Shown one piece after another: positions 29,240-40,540 of a stretch of 64,000 nt of DNA (positions within the stretch are counted from its first letter, which is position 1; every line of letters begins with the position of its first letter). The stretch covers positions 2,336,001 through 2,400,000 of the forward strand of contig CAWDXG010000004.1 of NCBI GenBank assembly GCA_963806225.1, written 5' to 3'. The position numbers were made by a program, and so were the translations under genes. Under the pieces are notes generated by a model. That model did no database searches, had not been told where the DNA came from, and saw only the letters and a list, made by a program, of their open reading frames with translations. The stretch is from an uncultured delta proteobacterium. Its GTDB lineage: Bacteria > Myxococcota_A > Polyangia > Polyangiales > Polyangiaceae.

Positions 29240-29611
29240 ATGAGCGACGACATCGAGGAGCCGACCGCCGAGCAGCTCCGCGAGCTCGGCGCGGCGCTCA
29301 CCCAGCTCGAGAGCGAGCTGGAGAGTGCGCTCGCGCTGGCCCGCGACAGCAGCAAGCCCGTCGAGCTCGACCAGGCCGCCGTCGGCCGCATCTCGCGCAC
29401 CGACGCCCTCCAGCAACAGCAGATGGCGCTCGCCACCGTGCGCAACGCCGAGCGGCGCCTCGCGCAGGTCAAGCGCGCGCTCGCCGCGCACGCCTCGGGC
29501 GACTACGGCGCCTGCCTCGAGTGCGGCGAGCCCATCGCCTACCGCCGACTGCGCTCCCGACCCGAAACGGCCCTCTGCCTGCAATGCCAGAGCGCGCGCG
29601 AAGGACGCTAA
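29240..29611 (+). CDS. TraR/DksA C4 zinc-finger protein
   Basis: VELDQAAVGRISRTDALQQQQM, YGACLECGEPI..RL..RP...LCLQCQ; GGAGG upstream. Confidence 0.92.
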   Translation: MSDDIEEPTAEQLRELGAALTQLESELESALALARDSSKPVELDQAAVGRISRTDALQQQQMALATVRNAERRLAQVKRALAAHASGDYGACLECGEPIAYRRLRSRPETALCLQCQSAREGR

Positions 29612-29718
29612 TCCCGCACGAAGTGCAGCTCCACGCCTCGCAGCTTCCGCGTTTGCGGGACCCCCGCCAAAGGCCAGCTTCCACGCGGCTCCGAACGCGC
29701 GTATCGTGGACAGCAGCC

Positions 29719-30312
29719 ATGGCTCGCTGGGCGCTCGTTCTGGTACCGGTTCTCGTGTTCGCGGGCTGCGCGAAGCAGGCGCCGATCGGCTACGACCCGG
29801 TGTCGCCCGACGAGCCCACGCGGGCCGAGGCTCCGCCGACCGGCGGCGCTGTCGTCGACTTCGGCGCCAAGGTCGCAGACGTGCGCGCGAAGTGCGCTGC
29901 CGAGCGAGGCGCCTTTTCGCAGTCGGGCAAGGTCAGCACGTGCGTCACGCCCCACGCCGCGCTCGGCGCGGCGTTGATCACGCTGGTGGAGTATTGCGGT
30001 GGCGCTGCGTGCCGCATCCACACCGTGCTCATGCTCGAGCATGCGGACGCGACCAGCTGGCTCGTGCCGTTCGCCCATCTGCGCGGCCAGTTGCTGGAGA
30101 AGTTCGGCGACCCCGACCAGAACGACACACAGTTCCCAGCCGATTGCCAGCAGGACTTCGCCGGTTGCGTGAAGAGCGGCGCGGCGTCGGCGCTGCTGCA
30201 ATGGCGCTGGGACGACGGCCACGCCGTGATGCTGCGCATCGGGCCGATCCGGCGGATCCCGGCTGCCATCAGCGTGTCGTATTCCGACGCACACGGAGCG
30301 CTGAAGCACTGA
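29719..30312 (+). CDS. Hypothetical lipoprotein
   Basis: MARWALVLVPVLVFAGC lipobox; paired Cys; LLEKFGDP. Confidence 0.7.
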   Translation: MARWALVLVPVLVFAGCAKQAPIGYDPVSPDEPTRAEAPPTGGAVVDFGAKVADVRAKCAAERGAFSQSGKVSTCVTPHAALGAALITLVEYCGGAACRIHTVLMLEHADATSWLVPFAHLRGQLLEKFGDPDQNDTQFPADCQQDFAGCVKSGAASALLQWRWDDGHAVMLRIGPIRRIPAAISVSYSDAHGALKH

Positions 30313-30413
30313 CATGAGATCGGCCCGCGCTACGCGTCCGTGTGCAACGCAGTGCACGGCGTAGCTCGCTGTCGATGGCGGCCTACGAGTCGACTGGCAC
30401 AAGCGAGCCCTGC

Positions 30414-30650
30414 TCAGCCGCGCCGCGCGTACACGCGCGTGAAGTCGACGAGGTCGCTACCGAGCGCTGGATACACCAGCGGTCCGGTGCGGCGTTCGCG
30501 CCACTCGGCCCAGTCGTCGCCGAACAACTCCGAGGGATGCGGCGTGCGCTCCGCACCGAGGCCACACGCCCGGTCCCCCGCCCGGCAGTGGCGCTCACAC
30601 CCCCAGCACACGCGCTCGGGATGCGCTGGACGTACGGGCGCCGCGCTCAT
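30414..30650 (-). CDS. DUF3079-like small Cys protein
   Basis: PAHPERVCWGCERHC...ACG.G.ERT.HP.ELFG.DW signature. Confidence 0.8.
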   Translation of the reverse strand: MSAAPVRPAHPERVCWGCERHCRAGDRACGLGAERTPHPSELFGDDWAEWRERRTGPLVYPALGSDLVDFTRVYARRG

Positions 30651-30775
30651 GCCAAGGTCCATGCGGCGCACGCGGAGCCGCGTCGATGACATGGATCAGC
30701 TGGCGCGGCGCGCAAGGACTGCCGGCTCGCTCTCGAACAGCAAAGCGAAGCCGATAGCGCGGCCGCAACGCCCCT

Positions 30776-31441
30776 TCAGGGTTCGACGCAGTGGAGTCGC
30801 CTCACGCTGGCAGACCAGTAGCCACCGGCGCAACGGTCTCCATTGCACTGGCCGCTGCAGCAGTCCTCGCTGCTCCGACATGCCCCGCCCTTGGCGAGGC
30901 AGCCGCAGAACGCGCGCTTGGCGCCGCAGTGCACGTCGTTCGGCCACTTCATGCGGGCGCATTGGCAGGGCTCCGCGTCGAGAGGCCAGCTGGGACACGC
31001 GCCACCGCTCTGATAGCTCGCCTCGCTGAAGCAGCGCTCGAGTAGCGGGGCGCCGAAGCGGCGGGCCATCCACGCGCGCGCTTGGACTTCGCCATACGCA
31101 TCCTTCCGCGCCAGCCGGGTGCGCGCTCGTTCGGCTGCTTCGCAGGCGGACAACGTCACGCTCTTGAATTCCAGGAACATGACCGTGCCGAGCGCCGCTG
31201 CCAGCGCGGCGCCCGACACCAAGCCGACGAGCTGACGCTGGGCACGCGAGCGGTCCGCGGATGTACCGCGTCTGTCTGCGACATACACGGCGTGGAGAAC
31301 GAACCCCAGCATGACCAGCCCCGCGCCGAGCGCGTAGTACATCCCGAGCACCGCCAACACGACGAGCGGAATGACCAACCCGATGGCCGCCGAACGCAGT
31401 AGCGGGCGGGGTTTCCCGCGTTCTTCTTCCCCTCTCGCCAT
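30776..31441 (-). CDS. Hypothetical membrane protein with C-terminal Cys-rich module
   Basis: Three hydrophobic helices; CLAKGGACRSSEDCCSGQCNGDRC. Confidence 0.62.
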   Translation of the reverse strand: MARGEEERGKPRPLLRSAAIGLVIPLVVLAVLGMYYALGAGLVMLGFVLHAVYVADRRGTSADRSRAQRQLVGLVSGAALAAALGTVMFLEFKSVTLSACEAAERARTRLARKDAYGEVQARAWMARRFGAPLLERCFSEASYQSGGACPSWPLDAEPCQCARMKWPNDVHCGAKRAFCGCLAKGGACRSSEDCCSGQCNGDRCAGGYWSASVRRLHCVEP

Positions 31442-31474
31442 GGCCTGGCGCCACTCTAGTCGGGCGTCCGCGGA

Positions 31475-31620
31475 ATTCCACGTACAGGAACTTCTTGTCC
31501 GGGGAGAAGGCGATGCCGTTCGGTCGCGACAGGTTCTTGTCGAGTAGCTGCAGCGAGCTTTGATACCAGCGGAAGACGCCGTTGAAGCCGAGCTTCTTGG
31601 CCGGGTCGTCGTCCTGCAGG
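31475..31620 (-). pseudogene. Internal fragment of an SMP-30/gluconolactonase gene
   Basis: QDDDPAKKLGFNGVFR...LQLLDKNLSRPNGIAFSPDKKFLYV, with unrelated sequence on both sides. Confidence 0.75.
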
Positions 31621-31671
31621 GAGGCCCCCCTCCTCGCCAGCAAGCTCATCCGGCCTTGGGCGCCCCCACGC

Positions 31672-31821
31672 CGCCCCCAAGCGCCGCGGCGGGCGTGGCC
31701 TTCGCGAGCGCAAGCGGCCCCCGAGGCGGAGCCACCGCGGCTCGCGCGCGTCACGAAACTGCGCCGCGTGCGGAGCCGAGGTTGGCCGCGAGCACTCGAA
31801 GGCCGCGCACGACGCGGAGCG
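31672..31821. repeat. 150-bp direct repeat, copy 1
   Basis: Matches 33772-33921 at offset 2100 with 7 mismatches by eye; 31690-31795 identical. Confidence 0.95.
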
Positions 31822-31856
31822 CGCCGTGCAGCGGGAACGTGCAGGACGTGCAGCGC

Positions 31857-33638
31857 CTACGGCACGTACCCGTCGCGCAGCCAGTCGCCGCGACCCGTGC
31901 CCCAGAGCACACAATTGTCCGTCGCGCCCGGCAGATCCCAGATCTGGACCCCGCCCTTGCCACCGCCCAGCGTGTCCTTGAGCGAAATCACCAGTTCGAG
32001 CTTCCCGTCGCCGTTCAAATCCGCCACCGACGGCGGCGCCATGCTGCCGCGGCCGTAGAGCGGCACCTTGTAGAGCTGCTTGCCCGCATCGTCCAGGATG
32101 ATGAGGTTCGCCGGCGTGTCCGGCTTGCCCGGCGAACCCGACGAGTACGTGTTGAAGATGATCTCAGGTGCCCCGTCGCCGTTCAGATCCACGATCAGCG
32201 CCTCGCTCGCGCCGGTGTAGGGCGAGCTTGTGGTCCCGAACGTGTACGTCCACAGCAGCGTCCCATCCGAGCGGTACGCGTACATCTTGCCGTCCGAAGC
32301 CGGCACCACGATCTCGCGCCCCGGCTTGCCGTCGAGGTCCGCCACCGACGGGCTCGGCTCCGTCGACACCATGTTGTTGGTGAGCGAGGGCTTCAGGGGC
32401 GCGCCGGTGTTCTTCGGCGACACCCAGCCGCTCGGGCGCGTCATGTCGCTGTTCAGCACCCAGACCGTCTTGCCCTGGCTTGTCGTGCTGGTCGTGCTCT
32501 CGTGGTTGCCAACCAGCACGATCTGGTGCTTGCCGCTGTTGGTGATGTCGGCGATGACCGGCGGCGAGTCGGTGAACTCGCTGCGAGAGCCGTTGCCCCA
32601 GCCCTGTTCCGACAGCTTGAGGTCGTTGTACGCCTCCACGGCCGTGATCACGCGGTCGGTAAAGGCCGGTGCCGTGGGGAACGGCGTACCGTCGCCCTTG
32701 AACACGCCGAAGCCGATGGCGTCGTAGGTCGAGATCACGTCGGACACGCCGTCGCCGTCCAGGTCACCGGCACCGATGTTCTGGTTGTAGCCGCCGAAGT
32801 CCCAGCACGCCTCCGCGGGCGGCGGCGGGTCGCAGTTCGAGTTCACCTGCGGCCAGTTGCTGTGCATCTTGCCACTGAGCTCGTAGACGGCCGTCGTGGG
32901 TCCCTTGCTGGTCTTGTTGACCAGGATCTCCATCTGTCCGTCGCCGTCGACGTCCGCGGCAGCGATGCTGCGCACCTCGTCGGTGCCGCCGAAGTGCTGC
33001 GGCCATCCGGGCAGAAGCTCGCCCTTGGAATCGTACACGGCGACGTTCACGTTCGAGCTGCTGTCGGCGTCGCTGCCCACGGCTATCTCGATGTTGCCGT
33101 CGCCCTTGAAGTCGCCCACCACCGGCGACGCCCACATGCGGCTTCCGCCGTGGTCCGGCGAGTTCGACGCGCTGTAGTTCCACGCCGTGTGCCAGAGCGG
33201 CGTGCCGTCGTTCTTCCAGGCGTACAGCACCGAGTGGCGCGCGGCGATGATGTCCGGCTTGCCGTCGCCGGTGATGTCGACCAGCGCGGGCGAGGCTAGC
33301 CAGTTCTCGTCCCAGCTCGCAGCGAGCGTCTTTTTGAGTGTCGGCTTCTGCACCGGTCCGCTCGAGCCGCCCTTCGCCGGATCGCAGGTCTTCTTCGGCG
33401 GCGCCTTGGCGCCACCGGTGCCGCCACCACCGCCGCTGCCACCCGTGCTGCCACCGCTGCCGCCGGTGCTGCCACCGCTGCCACCACCGGAGCCTCCGCT
33501 ACCGCCGCCCGCTGCGGTCCCTCCGCTTCCGCCACTGGCATTCGCACCCGAAGAGCCGCTCCCGCACGCCGGAATCGACAGCCCGAGCGCCACCGCGACC
33601 AACCCCCAACCCGCCCAACCCAAGCTCCGCGTCCGCAT
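31857..33638 (-). CDS. FG-GAP/VCBS repeat beta-propeller lipoprotein
   Basis: Signal ending IPACG, Gly/Ser linker, many DxxGDG repeats (DITGDGKPD, DFKGDGNIE, DVDGDGQME, DLDGDG, DLNGDG). Confidence 0.9.
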   Translation of the reverse strand: MRTRSLGWAGWGLVAVALGLSIPACGSGSSGANASGGSGGTAAGGGSGGSGGGSGGSTGGSGGSTGGSGGGGGTGGAKAPPKKTCDPAKGGSSGPVQKPTLKKTLAASWDENWLASPALVDITGDGKPDIIAARHSVLYAWKNDGTPLWHTAWNYSASNSPDHGGSRMWASPVVGDFKGDGNIEIAVGSDADSSSNVNVAVYDSKGELLPGWPQHFGGTDEVRSIAAADVDGDGQMEILVNKTSKGPTTAVYELSGKMHSNWPQVNSNCDPPPPAEACWDFGGYNQNIGAGDLDGDGVSDVISTYDAIGFGVFKGDGTPFPTAPAFTDRVITAVEAYNDLKLSEQGWGNGSRSEFTDSPPVIADITNSGKHQIVLVGNHESTTSTTSQGKTVWVLNSDMTRPSGWVSPKNTGAPLKPSLTNNMVSTEPSPSVADLDGKPGREIVVPASDGKMYAYRSDGTLLWTYTFGTTSSPYTGASEALIVDLNGDGAPEIIFNTYSSGSPGKPDTPANLIILDDAGKQLYKVPLYGRGSMAPPSVADLNGDGKLELVISLKDTLGGGKGGVQIWDLPGATDNCVLWGTGRGDWLRDGYVP

Positions 33639-33771
33639 GCGTCGATCCAGCACCCGATGAGGGGTGCCCGTCAAGGCACGTCTCCTGGCGACCGAGCGAT
33701 GCGCAACGCCAGCGTGACGTTCCACCACCGAGAAGCCCGGACGCTGGCGCCGCGCGCCGCCAACATCACAG

Positions 33772-33921
33772 CGCTCCCAGGCGCAGCGTCGGGCGTGGCC
33801 TTCGCGAGCGCAAGCGGCCCCCGAGGCGGAGCCACCGCGGCTCGCGCGCGTCACGAAACTGCGCCGCGTGCGGAGCCGAGGTTGGCCGCGAGCACGCGAA
33901 GGCCGCGACCGACGCGGAGCG
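33772..33921. repeat. 150-bp direct repeat, copy 2
   Basis: See copy 1; followed at 33934-33957 by a copy of the FG-GAP gene's last codons (LRDGYVP-stop). Confidence 0.95.
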
Positions 33922-33994
33922 GGACGTAGGGCGTTACGGCACGTACCCGTCGCGGAGGCGTCGTCGACACCGCCGCAGAGGCCCGCGTGGACTC

Positions 33995-34573
33995 TCAGCT
34001 GATGCCGGCTTCGCCAAGCGCCTTGTCTAGCAGCTCCTCCACGCCCAGCGCGCGTGCCCAGCGCCGCATGTAGTCGATATCCAGCCCCTGCCGCGTCCTG
34101 AGCACGCCCATCAGGTCCCCCCACTGCCGCTCGGAGATGCGCGAACCCCTCTCGAACCACTCGAGCTTCTGGACGACGATGTCCTCGGGGCTGCATACGT
34201 ACACGGCGCGTGGGGGTTCGCCCAGCTCGAGCTGCTCGCGGCGCGACATCTCCTCCAGCAGCAGCTCGCTGCGGTCGGAGACGAACAAGTCGACCTTGAA
34301 CATGGTCTCCAGATGGAGAACGTTGAACGTCGCACGCCGCCGGATCGCGTCGAGGATCATGTCCTTGTCGATGTAGAACCGCGGCGAGAGCTCCGTGACG
34401 AGCGCATCGACCTTGGACCCCGGTAGCTCGACGAGCAGATCGACGTCCTGCGTCGCACGCGGAATGCCGTGAGCGGAGCTCGCGAGCGAGCCGCCGATCA
34501 GGTAGCGCACTCCCAACTTGTCGAGCGCAGCCGTCACCTCCAGCGTGACGGCGATGGGCTCCGCGAGGCTCAT
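33995..34573 (-). CDS. Nucleotidyltransferase-fold putative toxin (MenT1/AbiEii-like)
   Basis: YLIGGSLA...HG.PRAT.DVDL, KVDLF, SPEDIVVQKL, RQWGD. Confidence 0.8.
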   Translation of the reverse strand: MSLAEPIAVTLEVTAALDKLGVRYLIGGSLASSAHGIPRATQDVDLLVELPGSKVDALVTELSPRFYIDKDMILDAIRRRATFNVLHLETMFKVDLFVSDRSELLLEEMSRREQLELGEPPRAVYVCSPEDIVVQKLEWFERGSRISERQWGDLMGVLRTRQGLDIDYMRRWARALGVEELLDKALGEAGIS

Positions 34574-34824
34574 CCCTTGTGCTCTTCGGGGTCCCAGCCG
34601 AACGCGCGGGTCATCAAATCGCGACCGAGCCAGCGGGACGCCAGTCGGAGTCTCAGCTCGCGCTCGTCGATGCCAGGATGATCCTTCCGGATCCGCGCCG
34701 CCGCGAGCTGCAGCACCGCCTCGTTCATCTGCTCCACCTTCTGGAGCTTCTCCGCCGGCGACATCCTCCGATACCCTTCGATCATCATCGCTTCGATGCG
34801 GGGATCTGTGTCGGTGAGCGGCAT
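34570..34824 (-). CDS. Small helical putative antitoxin (Rv0078B/MenA1-like)
   Basis: 84 aa, RRMSPAEKL...A.IR..HP....ELR.RL; ATGA-coupled upstream of the NTase gene. Confidence 0.72.
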   Translation of the reverse strand: MPLTDTDPRIEAMMIEGYRRMSPAEKLQKVEQMNEAVLQLAAARIRKDHPGIDERELRLRLASRWLGRDLMTRAFGWDPEEHKG

Positions 34825-34897
34825 GGCCGGAGCACAGTATAGCGCCGTGCACAGGACGGGAGCGCGGTTCCGCGCCGGACCGGCAAAATGAGAAGAG

Positions 34898-37234
<2,337 letters not shown>

Positions 37235-37367
37235 GAGAGGACTTCAATCAAACCCAGAGCGATCTGTCGATCCAAGAAAGCTGCACGCGCTTCGATTTTT
37301 TCCATTGGGGTCCATTGCCCCCAAGCACCCCGGACTCCCAGCGACGCGGGCAAGGACGGAGGCTAGC

Positions 37368-37781
37368 TCACGCTCGCCGGAACTTGCAGCGCGGGCAGCG
37401 CGCGCCCGACGCGCTCACGACCAGCGACATGAACGTGCAGGTCGGGCACTTCTCGATCGCCGTGAACTCCGAGGAGAAGCCGCACTTGTCGCAGGCGCCG
37501 GTGTCCGGCGTACCGGCGACGTACTTCCACGCGGCGCCGCACTTCGGGCAGGTGCTCTTCAGCGCGGTGTCGGCCTGGGCCTGGGCGGCGGTGGCGGCGG
37601 CACGCGCCTCGACTTCCTTCGCCTCGCGCTCCGTCGCTGCGGCTGCCTCGGCTGCGCGCTTCTGGTTGTCCTCGATTTCCTTCCGGGCGGCGTCGCGGCA
37701 ACCGTACGAACAGTAGATGCCGTCGATCGGCTTCTTGAACATGCCGATCTTCTGGTCACACTGCGCGCACACCTTGGCCAT
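37368..37781 (-). CDS. Small multi-zinc-finger/coiled-coil protein
   Basis: CAQC, CSYGC, Ala/Glu coiled coil, CPKC, CDKC, CPTC, CPRC. Confidence 0.75.
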   Translation of the reverse strand: MAKVCAQCDQKIGMFKKPIDGIYCSYGCRDAARKEIEDNQKRAAEAAAATEREAKEVEARAAATAAQAQADTALKSTCPKCGAAWKYVAGTPDTGACDKCGFSSEFTAIEKCPTCTFMSLVVSASGARCPRCKFRRA

Positions 37782-37928
37782 AGCGCCCTCGGGGTACCAC
37801 CGCGGTCGGCTGCTTGGAAGCGACGCCCCGCCAGGGGGCGCGACTTTTCGCACCCGCGCGCGACAGCGCTGTCACGGCAGGCCCGCTACGGCGGCGCCCT
37901 CCCCTTGGGTTTTCCGGAGGAATACCCG

Positions 37929-37944
37929 CGGCACGCCGATTGCT
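37929..37944 (+). promoter_or_regulatory. Putative sigma-54 (-24/-12) promoter
   Basis: CGGCACGCCGATTGCT, GG-N10-GC, immediately upstream of ATG 37958. Confidence 0.6.
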
Positions 37945-37957
37945 CGCGCAACGGCCC

Positions 37958-38386
37958 ATGCACAGGATCCGCGCTTTTCGCATCGCGCTCGCCGCCGCCC
38001 TGCTCGCCCTCGGCTGCGGCTCCAGCAGCTCGAAAACCGGCGGAAGCGGCGGAAGCGCCGGCGCGGGCACCGGGGGCGGCACCGTGACCTGCGCTCCAAA
38101 CCTCGCCTGCGCGGGCGGCGATCAGTGCTGCATCCCGCTCTCCACCTCCGTCCAGCCGAGCTGCGCTGCCGACTGCCCTTCAGGAACGTCGCCGGCCTCG
38201 TGCGACGGCCCCGAGGACTGCGGCGGCGGCCCGTGTTGCGGCAACGTGGCGCACGGCTACAAGTGCGCCGTCGGCGACGCCTGCAGCCCCGGCGAGTCGC
38301 AACGCTGCCACAACCAGCTCGACTGCAACGGCGGAGCGTGCGTCTCGGCGACGTTCGGATCGACGCCGGTCGACGCCTGCCAGTAG
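37958..38386 (+). CDS. Small Cys-rich lipoprotein
   Basis: LALGCG lipobox, Gly linker, CDGPEDC...CC motif. Confidence 0.78.
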   Translation: MHRIRAFRIALAAALLALGCGSSSSKTGGSGGSAGAGTGGGTVTCAPNLACAGGDQCCIPLSTSVQPSCAADCPSGTSPASCDGPEDCGGGPCCGNVAHGYKCAVGDACSPGESQRCHNQLDCNGGACVSATFGSTPVDACQ

Positions 38387-38558
38387 AACGTTCGGCGATA
38401 TCGGCATCGCAAGTACCCGACGACCGGCCGCGCACGGTACGTCGCTTTGGCGCAGCGCATCGTAGTCGCGATTACATGAGGAGAGATCCAATTCGGTATC
38501 GCCCTTGTGCGCTCTCCGCCCCTGATGATAGTGTCGCCTTTTCGTCAGGAGGGGCTCG

Positions 38559-40066
38559 ATGCAACGGGCGACTGTAGTTCTGTGTGTGTGTGTGTGTTGG
38601 CGGGTTGCCGGCCCGACCCAACGCTGACTCTCACCGGTGACATCACACCCCACGCACCGAGCAACGCGCCCGAGATCGAAACGACCGCGCTGAGTGGTTC
38701 GCAAGCGCGCGCTCGCTGTGGGTTACCACCAGGCAAGTCCGAGGTGTTCATCCAGGGCCGAGCCAACATCGTGCTGAGGAGCGAAGAAGCCAAGCTGGGC
38801 ACGAGCTTTCACGCGGCGGTGCTGCCCAATCCTACCGCGCAGGGAGTGTGCGGCCTCAACTACCACTTCGACCTCTACACGCCGTCGTACACCGATCACA
38901 ATCTGTCCCGCCTGCCCGATGGACGTTTGCTGGACGTCCAGTTGTTCAGGAAGCACGGCGTCACCCCGGACGTGGAGTACTGTCTGGGCGACCTTCCGGA
39001 AGTCCAACGCGCTGTCGTGGTGCGCGTCAGCGGCGACTGCGGCCGCACCTGGTCGGTCCGCAACGTCATCGATGCGAAGAGCATTCGCCGCCTGGGCTAT
39101 ACGTTCATCGACCGGCAGAACCTGTTCGTCGATACCGAGCAACACATGATGTATCTCTCGTTCCGGCTATCGGCCAATCTGGACGGGTCCGGCGACAACC
39201 GGCTCATCGTGATGGGAGCGCGCACCGACTTTGGCTTCAGACCGGCCTGGCGCACCGTAGCCGCCTATCGCAGCCCCGCCAGCATGTCGGTGCTCACGGC
39301 CGATCCGCACGACGGCGGTCCGAGCACCTGGCTGTTGGGTTGCGTACCCGCCCTGCGCGAGCCCGAGCTGGTCTGGTTTCCGGATCTGCCCGCGCCCCAC
39401 GACCCGGGAGCCGCGGGCGTCCCGGTCTACATCGAGGGGGCGCCAGACTGCAGAATCGTCCTTCACGCGCTGACCGCTGCGAACATCGCCAACCGGCTCC
39501 CACAGCTGAGTATCGCACCAGTGCCCGGGACGAACCGTCTGAGACTAGTCTATCCGGACGTGGTAACGCGCGGTGATTTCCAATACCAGATCGCGCATGT
39601 TGTCGACGTCCACCTGACGTACTCGTCGTTTCCAGAGGGCGTGCACGCCTATACCGACCGTGTCGAAGACATCGACGTCTCGGCCCAAGGCCGGAATGTC
39701 CTCTGGCCTGATCTCGTATGGCCGGAAGGGTTCGAGACGCGGCTGGCCGACCGCGGCGAGCAGGTCATGACCTGGGTGGAGATACCCCGGGACTCGCTGG
39801 TTCCACCCTTCGAGCTGCAACGCGTGCGGGTGCGCATGTGGCTCCCCGGAGTGTGGTGGGACTTCGGCTACGTCCGGAGCTCGATCATCGACCCGAGCAA
39901 GCTCCACACAACGGCCAAGGGGGACAATTTCTTCGGCGACTACCGCTACGGCACCTTCATCGGTGACTCGAACGGCACCGCGAGCTATTTTGCCCCCTGG
40001 GCCGAAACCCGACGGTCCGTGCCGAATGAGAACGCGGAAATCCACGGCGCTCTGGTGAAGCGATGA
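38559..40066 (+). CDS. Lipoprotein with BNR/Asp-box; signal peptide out of frame at a (TG)8 tract
   Basis: AGGAGG RBS and ATG 38559; Asp-box SGDCGRTW; FFGDY; the main frame carries LAGC just after the tract. Confidence 0.7.
38581..38596. repeat. (TG)8 microsatellite
   Basis: Directly visible in the sequence. Confidence 0.97.
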
Positions 40067-40485
40067 AGACGTACGGCGTCTGGCTATCGGCGATCCTTCT
40101 GCTCGCCAGCTGCGGCGGCGTAGCCGTCAGCGGTCCGGCGGACGGCAGCGCTGGCGCTGGCGGAGCTTCCGGTACCGCTGGCCAAGCGGGCAGCGGAGGC
40201 AGCTCCGGCGCCGGTGGCAGCGCATGCATGGCGCTATTTGGCATGTGCAACACATCTTCCGCGTGCTGTTCGGGCTACTGCGCTTCGCACAAGTGCATCA
40301 ACTGCAACGCCATTGGCGACGCATGTGGGCCCGAGGGAGGCTACTGCTGCTCCGGTGTGTGCGGACAGCAGGGGACCTGTGAGTGCGTGCTCAGCGGTCT
40401 CGACGTGATCGGCTTCGGCCCCCAGGGCGAGGAGTGGAAGATCTGCTGCTCGAAGAAGATCGACAAGCACGGCCGATGCCTTTGA
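40063..40485 (+). CDS. Cys-rich lipoprotein with tandem knottin-like modules
   Basis: LLASCGG lipobox; CMALFGMCNTSSACCSGYCASHKC and related repeats; ATGA overlap. Confidence 0.75.
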   Translation: MKTYGVWLSAILLLASCGGVAVSGPADGSAGAGGASGTAGQAGSGGSSGAGGSACMALFGMCNTSSACCSGYCASHKCINCNAIGDACGPEGGYCCSGVCGQQGTCECVLSGLDVIGFGPQGEEWKICCSKKIDKHGRCL

Positions 40486-40540
40486 GCGCGGTCGGCGCCC
40501 ACGTCGACGAACCGGCACCAGCGCGCTACGGCCAGCCCCG

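Noticed and set aside
29240..29611. Calling this gene dksA, or linking it with the GreA-like gene as a system
   Set aside because: Lacks the canonical DxxDxA tip motif and lies about 26 kb from the GreA-like gene.
33410..33530. Gly/Ser codon repeats (also near 21240-21420)
   Set aside because: Ordinary low-complexity linkers of myxobacterial-type lipoproteins.
31672..33921. Composite transposon or prophage att sites
   Set aside because: No transposase or integrase, no terminal inverted repeats or target duplication recognised.
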